Source: a virus
Length of the DNA stretch: 49,667 nt
IMG/VR virus record: IMGVR_UViG_3300045988_167549
Coordinates: 1 to 49,667 of that record
Strand: one strand, 5' to 3'
The notes under the pieces were generated by a model. It was given only the letters and a program-made list of their open reading frames with translations. It ran no database searches and was not told the origin of the DNA. A program made the position numbers and the translations under genes. Position 1 is the first letter of the stretch. Every line of letters begins with the position of its first letter. Below are positions 8,989-15,229 of this stretch, piece by piece.

Positions 8989-9090
8989 ATTTAATATGTA
9001 TCCAGATACATAAAATTTTAGATTTTTTAAAATTTTTTCATCATCAATTTTCTTTATTAATTCTATTAATTCCATTTTACTGCTTTTCAT
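8977..9090 (-). CDS. 37-aa micro-ORF under a LexA-box promoter (candidate SOS-induced antirepressor)
   Basis: ATG 9090 after AAAAGGGGA RBS; stop lies inside the terminator stem; MKSSKMELIELIKKIDDEKILKNLKFYVSGYILNKKK. Confidence 0.45.
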   Translation of the reverse strand: MKSSKMELIELIKKIDDEKILKNLKFYVSGYILNKKK

Positions 9091-9118
9091 ACAAACATCC
9101 CCTTTTGTTTATGCTAAA

Positions 9119-9147
9119 ATTATACATCAACCCGAACATTTGTTCAA
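9119..9147 (-). promoter_or_regulatory. Sigma-A promoter (TTGAAC, 17 nt, TATAAT) overlapped by a Cheo/LexA box CGAACATTTGTTCA (9133-9146)
   Basis: Read on the minus strand: -35 at 9147-9142, -10 at 9124-9119; GAAC-N4-GTTC matches the Gram-positive LexA consensus. Confidence 0.6.
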
Positions 9148-9182
9148 GTCGAATTCACATTTGTATTATACCTCAAAATCGT

Positions 9183-9197
9183 ATTCCTGACAGGAAT
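9183..9197. promoter_or_regulatory. Perfect palindrome ATTCCTG-a-CAGGAAT, operator-like
   Basis: 7-bp arms read directly; intergenic, upstream of the second XRE gene. Confidence 0.4.
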
Positions 9198-9356
9198 ATT
9201 TCGACATATTTTTTACAGTTGTAGCAAATGTGTGTAATTTATAAAATCTATTGTCTGTTTGTAAAATTTAAATAAAATATTATGTATAGCTCCTTGTTAA
9301 TTGCTCGAAATATATTATTTATTGTCGAAAATTTATTAAGCATAAAAGGTTATTGT

Positions 9357-9551
9357 ATGATACAAAAAGCTCGATTTAATAAAAAACTAACCCAAAAAGA
9401 GCTTGGTAAGCTTTTAGGAGTAAACCAATCTTATATTTCTAAAATAGAAAATAGAAAAACCAAATCTCTATCAGTTAACAAAATATTAGTCCTGTCTTCA
9501 ATATTGGAGTTAGATCCTATAGAAGTTTTTAAGTTTATAGCTGGACTATAG
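9357..9551 (+). CDS. XRE-family HTH protein, 64 aa (start at MIQKARF)
   Basis: LTQKELGKLLGVNQSYISKIENRK HTH. Confidence 0.75.
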   Translation: MIQKARFNKKLTQKELGKLLGVNQSYISKIENRKTKSLSVNKILVLSSILELDPIEVFKFIAGL

Positions 9552-9654
9552 ATTTATTGTTTCAAATTGAAACTTTTACACTTTTATTATTTCGTAATGT
9601 AACTTGTAATCTTTCATCAAGAGTATCATTTATAATATTCCTTGGAGGGATATT

Positions 9655-9948
9655 ATGAATATAGGAGAGATTATTGCCGAATTAAGAATGGATAAAAATA
9701 TGAATCAAGAAGATCTTGCAGCTGTACTTAATATTTCTAGGTCAGCTTTAGCTAATTGGGAAAGTGGTAATAGAAGGATAGATATAGAGACACTAGTTGT
9801 TATAGCAGATTATTTTGAGGTTAGTTGTGATTATTTGTTAGGAAGAACAAAACATAAATATAATTTTGCATTAGAGAATAAAAAGAATGTAGATGCCATT
9901 ATGGATGTATATGAAACTTTAAAAAAATATAAAATAGAAAAATATTAA
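9655..9948 (+). CDS. XRE-family HTH protein, 97 aa
   Basis: MNQEDLAAVLNISRSALANWESGNR HTH; GGAGGGA RBS; hairpin with T-run follows. Confidence 0.8.
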   Translation: MNIGEIIAELRMDKNMNQEDLAAVLNISRSALANWESGNRRIDIETLVVIADYFEVSCDYLLGRTKHKYNFALENKKNVDAIMDVYETLKKYKIEKY

Positions 9949-10021
9949 AGCATGTCTTAGAAATAATAAGATGTGCTTTTTTTATTGATGCAATGTTCAA
10001 CCTTTCATTAGCATTTAAGAG

Positions 10022-10060
10022 TAGTATTTAGGAATAGTATTTAGGAATAGTATTTAGCGA
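10022..10060. repeat. Three tandem 13-bp repeats (TAGTATTTAGGAA), candidate unwinding element of the origin
   Basis: Copies start at 10022, 10035 and 10048. Confidence 0.8.
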
Positions 10061-10095
10061 CTTCGGAGGTGGCTCTATAACTAGCCTCCCAGGGA

Positions 10096-10224
10096 AATAG
10101 GGAAGCAACTTGGAACCAATAGGGAAGCAACTTGGAACTAAAAAGAGGCAATAGGGAAGCAACTTGGAACCAAAAAGGGGCAATAGGGAAGCAACTTGGA
10201 ACCAATAGGGAAGCAACTTGGAAC
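10096..10224. repeat. Five 21-bp iterons AATAGGGAAGCAACTTGGAAC (plasmid origin)
   Basis: Identical copies at 10096, 10118, 10150, 10182 and 10204; spacing 22/32/32/22 bp; directly upstream of rep. Confidence 0.9.
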
Positions 10225-10288
10225 TTTGTAGTAAAATAGAGGGTTTGGACCTATTTTTCTACTTGTTTTTGGGAAAATCACCATTTTT

Positions 10289-10331
10289 ATAGGTAAGCAT
10301 ATTGACTATATGTACTTACCTATATTATAAT
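10289..10331 (+). promoter_or_regulatory. rep promoter inside a 9-bp-arm inverted repeat
   Basis: ATAGGTAAG 10289-10297 / CTTACCTAT 10315-10323; TTGACT 10302-10307, 17-18 nt, TATAAT about 10326. Confidence 0.6.
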
Positions 10332-10358
10332 TTATAACCAAAAGGGGGAATAATAAGT

Positions 10359-11438
10359 ATGAATAAGAATATATTAATAACGCCAAATTCTATTGCAAGG
10401 GGGAATTACGCTATAGATGCAAAAGAAAATAATTTATTTTTAAAGATAATGCATTCAGTTCAAAGAGATTATAGAGAATATTTAGTTACTAAAAGAAAAG
10501 ATGAGATTTTAACTGAAAGTGAAATAGAGATATGGAATAAGCTTAATTCCTTAGAAACTTTAGAGGCTAAAATAACTTTTGAAGATTTAAAAGAAATATA
10601 CAAGCATAAAGCCGATTTAACTCAAGAAAATATAAAATCAAATTTAGAGATATTAAGAAAATGTGAAATATCAATAGATACTGAATTAAGGGATGGAACT
10701 AGGGCTTCATTGCATGCAGGACTTATAAACCATTATTATTTTATAGAAGGAACAAGAGATATAATGATTGTTGTTCCAGCAAAAATTTATAAATTCTTAT
10801 TTGATTTGGGATTAGGTCATAGTCAAAATGCATTACAAATCTTATACAATTTAAGAAGTCAATATTCACAAAGATTATATTTAATATTAAGAAGCTGGGC
10901 TGGAGTAAAGAAAAATATAGATTTTACTGTTGAAGATTTAAGAACAATGTTAAAGTTAGATGGCAAATATCCAAGTTATAAATTATTTAAGGCGAATGTT
11001 CTTAAAAGAGCTATGGATGAAATAAATAAAACTGGAGTTATGAATGTTGAAATTTTTGATGAAATTAAAGTTGGAAGAAGCATAAAAAAAGTAATTTTTT
11101 CAGTTAAAGATAATGAACCTCGTAAATATGTTGATTTATTTGAAGAAAAAGATGAATCAGTATTGTGGTTAAGTTATATTACAGTTGAAAATGAAGCACT
11201 TAAAGAAAGATTGGAATTAAAATATAGTGATATGGATTTACGCAGCCCTATAGTGTTAGATATATTTATGAAAGCCTATGATAAAACTTTAAAAAGGGAC
11301 AATAGATTTACTATGATACAAGATAAAAAAGGGAAAAGTAATTTTGCATTATTTAATCACATTGTGTCAGGGGAATTATTAACTCATGAGTTATCAATAG
11401 AAAATCAATTTAATGAGGGTATATTAGGAGAATCTTAA
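10359..11438 (+). CDS. Rep_3/RepB-type iteron-binding replication initiator
   Basis: N-terminal NSIARGNYAIDAKENNLFLKIM pattern; iterons immediately upstream. Confidence 0.8.
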   Translation: MNKNILITPNSIARGNYAIDAKENNLFLKIMHSVQRDYREYLVTKRKDEILTESEIEIWNKLNSLETLEAKITFEDLKEIYKHKADLTQENIKSNLEILRKCEISIDTELRDGTRASLHAGLINHYYFIEGTRDIMIVVPAKIYKFLFDLGLGHSQNALQILYNLRSQYSQRLYLILRSWAGVKKNIDFTVEDLRTMLKLDGKYPSYKLFKANVLKRAMDEINKTGVMNVEIFDEIKVGRSIKKVIFSVKDNEPRKYVDLFEEKDESVLWLSYITVENEALKERLELKYSDMDLRSPIVLDIFMKAYDKTLKRDNRFTMIQDKKGKSNFALFNHIVSGELLTHELSIENQFNEGILGES

Positions 11439-11456
11439 TATTCTCTCTTTATTTTA
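11428..11456 (+). terminator. Hairpin GAGAAT-cttaat-ATTCTC plus T-rich tail
   Basis: Read directly; includes the rep stop codon. Confidence 0.55.
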
Positions 11457-11485
11457 AAATCATAAGAAAAGGAAGAAAGACTAGA

Positions 11486-12394
11486 ATGTATTATATTTAT
11501 AAATTTTTAGATGAAAATCAAAAAGAAATTTATATAGGAATTACAAATAATATTAAAAGAAGAGTTTCTCAACAGCATTTCACTTCAAATGGTCATTTAA
11601 ATAAGTTATGTTATGAAGAAACTAGATATATTGTATATTCTAAGTGTTTAAATAAAGATGATGCTAAAATTAAGGAAAGATATTTAATAAATGAATTAGA
11701 ACCTAAATATAATAAAATACATAATAATAAACAAAAATTTAATTTTATTATCGATGATTTTAATTGGAGGTACATTCCTTTTAATAAAGAGAAATACTTA
11801 AAGAGCATAAAAAACTCAACAATAAACAAAGAAAACTCTTATAGTTTAAATAAATTTGATAAAATAGATTTGCCTTTAAATTCAGTGGAAATTGAAAATG
11901 AAGTAGATTATGCAAAGCAAAAAATAAAATTAATAAAAAACAAAGGGTTAAAAGTTGCTTGTGTTTTTAGCATTGATCCTAAAGAGAAAGTTTATGCTGT
12001 AAATATAAATGGAATAAAATATATACCATTTTATAATATAGAACGAGCCCTAGGAATTTATGGCCCAATGGCTTCAAATAAATTATCACATTTAATTAGA
12101 AATAAAATTATAGATGCAAATGATATAATAGCTGTTTCTGATATTGAATTTATAAAACGTGTAATTATAAGTAATGTATCTACTGTTTATGGAAGAGAAA
12201 TATATCCGGGTAAGATTTATTTAATTAATGAGAAAATAGTGCCTTTAGTAGTGGAGAATTTAATAGGGAAAAATATAAATAAGTATATAAGGCCCGAAAA
12301 TAGTAATGCTTATAAATTTAAAAAATATTTATTTGTGTTATGGGTAGAAGTTAGTTTTAATGTTAAAATATTGCCTACAGAAAATAGGTTTTAA
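11486..12394 (+). CDS. GIY-YIG nuclease-domain protein with unknown C-terminal domain
   Basis: YIYKF...IYIGITNNIKRRVSQQH...ERYLINELEPKYN matches the GIY-YIG motif order. Confidence 0.7.
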   Translation: MYYIYKFLDENQKEIYIGITNNIKRRVSQQHFTSNGHLNKLCYEETRYIVYSKCLNKDDAKIKERYLINELEPKYNKIHNNKQKFNFIIDDFNWRYIPFNKEKYLKSIKNSTINKENSYSLNKFDKIDLPLNSVEIENEVDYAKQKIKLIKNKGLKVACVFSIDPKEKVYAVNINGIKYIPFYNIERALGIYGPMASNKLSHLIRNKIIDANDIIAVSDIEFIKRVIISNVSTVYGREIYPGKIYLINEKIVPLVVENLIGKNINKYIRPENSNAYKFKKYLFVLWVEVSFNVKILPTENRF

Positions 12395-12397
12395 AAA

Positions 12398-12423
12398 GAG
12401 AATTTTAGTATTCTCTTTTTTTA
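12398..12423 (+). terminator. Hairpin GAGAAT-tttagt-ATTCTC plus T-run
   Basis: Near-duplicate of the hairpin at 11428. Confidence 0.65.
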
Positions 12424-12501
12424 TTTGTAAAGAGATGGTAAAAAGAGTAAAATGAATAATATTAAGTAAAGTTTATGAGAAAAATAATTTTAAAATAAGT
12501 A

Positions 12502-12559
12502 TTGCATTATGTAATACAATGTAGTATTATTAATACATAAAGTTAATACATTTAATACA
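12502..12559 (+). promoter_or_regulatory. par promoter and parC-like repeat cluster
   Basis: TTGCAT 12502-12507, 17 nt, TATTAT 12525-12530; TAATACA at 12512, 12531, 12544 and 12553. Confidence 0.5.
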
Positions 12560-12581
12560 AAGTAGTAAAGGGGAATAAACT

Positions 12582-13493
12582 ATGAAACTTTTAGGATTAG
12601 ACAATGGTTATAATTTTACAAAGACTAGCGAGGGGGTAAGCATACTATCAACTATCAAGCATGGTGTAGATGATATAAATACTAACGTGCTTCAAGTCAG
12701 AATCGGCAAGAAAAACTATGTTGTTGCTGATGAAAATGGTACTTATGTAGCAGATGCTGACAAATTAAAAACAGAAGAATCAAGAGAGCTTTTAAAGGTA
12801 TGTACATTAACTGCTATAGGATTAAGTTATCCGGAAGAATCATTTATTGATGTTGAAGTTGTTGCTGGTCTACCAGTAGATTATTTTACTAACCAAAAGG
12901 AAGATCTTAAGGATCTATTAGAAAGCTTCAATGAAAAAATATTAATAAACAGCGTAGGTAAAGAACAAAAAATAAGAATTACAAAAGCTACTATATATCC
13001 ACAAAGTGCTGGAGTAGTATTTAGTAAAGCTAAACAAGTTAAAGGCGAAACTAGTCTTGTAATAGATATTGGTGGTGGTACATGGGATATATCACAATTT
13101 GATGGCTTAAAAATGACTAAGAAGCGTTCTTATAGTGAAGGAATGTTAATTCTATACTCTAAAATAGCTCAATACTTAAATTCAAATTTCTACACTAAAT
13201 ATAATACTTCTGATATTTATGCTTTAACTGAAAGAAAATATTTCACAGTTGCTGGAGAAAGAAAAGATATAAGTGTTGCAAATAATGTTGTAGAAAATCA
13301 TGTTTCTAAAGTTGTTACTGATTTAAAAAGAGATTTTGATACAACTAATGTAGATAACATATTCCTTATTGGTGGTGGAGCTAAGCCTTTATACGAGTTA
13401 TTAAAGAAGTCATTCCCAAATGCAGTACTAGAATCAGAAGCTCAAATGACTAATGCTAAATGCTTTGAATTAATGGGACAAATGAAAAGATAG
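12582..13493 (+). CDS. parM: ParM/StbA actin-like plasmid segregation ATPase
   Basis: GLDNGYNFTKT, DIGGGTWDIS and LIGGGA phosphate/adenosine motifs. Confidence 0.85.
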   Translation: MKLLGLDNGYNFTKTSEGVSILSTIKHGVDDINTNVLQVRIGKKNYVVADENGTYVADADKLKTEESRELLKVCTLTAIGLSYPEESFIDVEVVAGLPVDYFTNQKEDLKDLLESFNEKILINSVGKEQKIRITKATIYPQSAGVVFSKAKQVKGETSLVIDIGGGTWDISQFDGLKMTKKRSYSEGMLILYSKIAQYLNSNFYTKYNTSDIYALTERKYFTVAGERKDISVANNVVENHVSKVVTDLKRDFDTTNVDNIFLIGGGAKPLYELLKKSFPNAVLESEAQMTNAKCFELMGQMKR

Positions 13494-13506
13494 GTAAGGT
13501 GATTAG

Positions 13507-13782
13507 ATGGCAGGAGAAAGAAAGGTAAGAAGTTTTTCTCTGAATACAGAAGAAGATAAAGATATATTAGATAAATTAGAAGAAGTTAATAATATATCTG
13601 AGTACATTAAAAAATTAATAAGACAGGATATTTCTAATGGAACAAGCTTAACTGCAACTCAACGTGAAGAAGTTAAAAGAATTGTTATGGAAATATTAAA
13701 AGATAAGGCTATTGAAATTAAAGAAGAAGATATTGATGAAAAATTTGATCCAGATGCAGTAGATGCATTAGATCAATTTTAA
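13507..13782 (+). CDS. parR: ParR-like ribbon-helix-helix adaptor
   Basis: Small gene after parM; basic beta-strand start RKVRSFSLN, then helices, then an acidic tail. Confidence 0.6.
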   Translation: MAGERKVRSFSLNTEEDKDILDKLEEVNNISEYIKKLIRQDISNGTSLTATQREEVKRIVMEILKDKAIEIKEEDIDEKFDPDAVDALDQF

Positions 13783-13810
13783 AATGAATAAAAATTATTA
13801 AAATGTAAAT

Positions 13811-13850
13811 AATAAAAAAAGAAAGGATAAACTTATTTAATTATCCTTTC
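13811..13850 (-). terminator. Perfect 10-bp stem GAAAGGATAA/TTATCCTTTC with T-run on the minus strand
   Basis: Read directly between convergent genes. Confidence 0.7.
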
Positions 13851-13857
13851 AAAAGGG

Positions 13858-14331
13858 TTATTTTATTAGGTTTGTGATTGCACTTATATGCTCACTGGTT
13901 AAAGCTGAAGACTTTAAATAGTGATAAATAGCATGGAAGTCATTCGCAAACTTTTTATTTTTATCTGATTCTGTTTTTAAATTATACTCTAAAAAATTTC
14001 TGATAGCCAAAACTTTACTTCTAGTTAATTGTTTATTTTTTAGCTTGGAGCTTATCAGTTCTTTTAGAAATAGAAGTTGTATTTCTTTATCAGATTTTGA
14101 AAAATTAAATGATATATCTTCATTTTTTATTATATGTTTATTTTTATATTCATTTAATTGTTTTTGGTAGTACAAATCTGGTTTCATATGTTTACATGCT
14201 ATAACTTCTTCTGCTGTATATTTTTTATAGGGAATATGTTTTCTAATACCTGTCCTGATTAGAGTAGGTAACATTAATATAACTGCTTTTATTAGCAGAA
14301 CTCCTATAAAGATGGTTAATAAGTTTGTCAT
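13858..14331 (-). CDS. Membrane-anchored hypothetical protein (start at MTNLL)
   Basis: N-terminal hydrophobic helix; AGGAGTGA RBS before ATG 14331. Confidence 0.55.
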   Translation of the reverse strand: MTNLLTIFIGVLLIKAVILMLPTLIRTGIRKHIPYKKYTAEEVIACKHMKPDLYYQKQLNEYKNKHIIKNEDISFNFSKSDKEIQLLFLKELISSKLKNKQLTRSKVLAIRNFLEYNLKTESDKNKKFANDFHAIYHYLKSSALTSEHISAITNLIK

Positions 14332-14363
14332 TTTTATCACTCCTGTTTTTAAAATTTCTTCTA

Positions 14364-14426
14364 CCCTTACGGGTTAATGTTCCTCCTTTCGAACCTCATG
14401 GCGTGCCAATCGGTAAGCCTTTCGGC
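14364..14426 (-). other. 63-bp GC-rich structured island in the leader, flanked by 10-bp direct repeats
   Basis: ATTTCTTCTA at 14354-14363 and 14427-14436; minus-strand hairpins GCC-GAAA-GGC and ACCC-GUAA-GGGU. Confidence 0.4.
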
Positions 14427-14607
14427 ATTTCTTCTATAGATTTACTAATAATGTTTTGTATAAATTTTATGGATGTTTTGTATAGGATGTTGTCTTTAGA
14501 ATTGAAGTTTTATATTATAATATATGCTTTTTTATTTGATTTAGTACAAGATATTGTATGTAAAAATATTACCCAACAAACCTATGGGTGTTAAGCTAGT
14601 AATAGCC

Positions 14608-14642
14608 TAAAATAAAACCCCCAATAAAAAGATATTGAGGGT
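14608..14642 (-). terminator. Rho-independent terminator of the ftsK-like operon
   Basis: ACCCTCAATA-cttttt-TATTGGGGGT (one G-U pair) followed by TTTATTTT. Confidence 0.7.
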
Positions 14643-14647
14643 CTGAA

Positions 14648-15229
14648 TTATGAAAATAAATGAGTGGATAGATTATCATAATTTAAATCAGTGTAGATGA
14701 TCTCGAAGTTCTTGCTATTGTATCTTACACCAGGAGTTGGACGAGCAACTATTAGGATGGGAAATGTTCCCTCGCATTTAACTTCTAGCTCTTTATCTCT
14801 ATAAAGTTTTTCGTATAGCTGGAATTTAGTATTTTCCGTATAATGAGTATAATCAACTTCTAAAATAGTAAAATATTTATAACCATCTTTTTTAAATATT
14901 ACAAATGCATCTGCTCTTATAATTCCTTTAAGATATTTTGGTTGCATTTTAACTTCTACTATTTCACAATCATTAGCTGCTAAAAATTTTAAGTAATCTA
15001 ATGTTATTAAATCATGGTCGCTTATCTTTTTATCTAATATAAAGACTTTTTCTTTACTATAGTTGGATTTATAACTTTTTATTAATCCCATTTTATTTTC
15101 AAGGTCAGATAATCTCCTTCTTGCATTTTCGTACGATTTATTAAAAAATAAATATTGAGCTTGTTTTATAGTTATTCCTCTATATTGTTCTATGTGTTTT
15201 AATATTAGCTTATCTCTTTGCATTAACAT
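14648..15229 (-). CDS. Replication-relaxation-family protein (N-terminal winged helix)
   Basis: LILKHIEQYRGITIKQAQYLFF...ARRRLSDLENKMGLIK pattern; overlaps the upstream gene by 7 nt. Confidence 0.55.
   Translation of the reverse strand: MLMQRDKLILKHIEQYRGITIKQAQYLFFNKSYENARRRLSDLENKMGLIKSYKSNYSKEKVFILDKKISDHDLITLDYLKFLAANDCEIVEVKMQPKYLKGIIRADAFVIFKKDGYKYFTILEVDYTHYTENTKFQLYEKLYRDKELEVKCEGTFPILIVARPTPGVRYNSKNFEIIYTDLNYDNLSTHLFS

Noticed and set aside
8300-9551. Arbitrium-like or other peptide communication system around the immunity region
   Set aside because: There is no TPR-type receptor gene. The micro-ORFs lack signal peptides or secretion-type N-termini.
10028-10216. 62-aa minus-strand ORF from the track (MLPYWFQVASLLPLFGSKLLPY...)
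   Set aside because: It is simply the translation of the five iterons, so its internal repeats mirror the DNA repeats. It has no RBS and lies in the origin.
10096-10224. Possible CRISPR array
   Set aside because: The repeats are 21 bp and abut each other or are separated by only 11 bp. There are no spacer-sized unique inserts and no cas genes. The architecture fits iterons upstream of rep.
14364-14426. Assignment of the GC island to a known riboswitch class (c-di-GMP I/II, preQ1, guanidine, fluoride)
   Set aside because: I compared it by eye with the consensus cores I remember and none fits. The hairpin loops are GNRA tetraloops rather than ligand-pocket motifs. The class is left unassigned.
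14325-14594. 89-aa plus-strand ORF from the track
   Set aside because: It runs antisense through a leader/promoter region, has no RBS and has low-complexity composition. The region is better explained as non-coding regulatory DNA.
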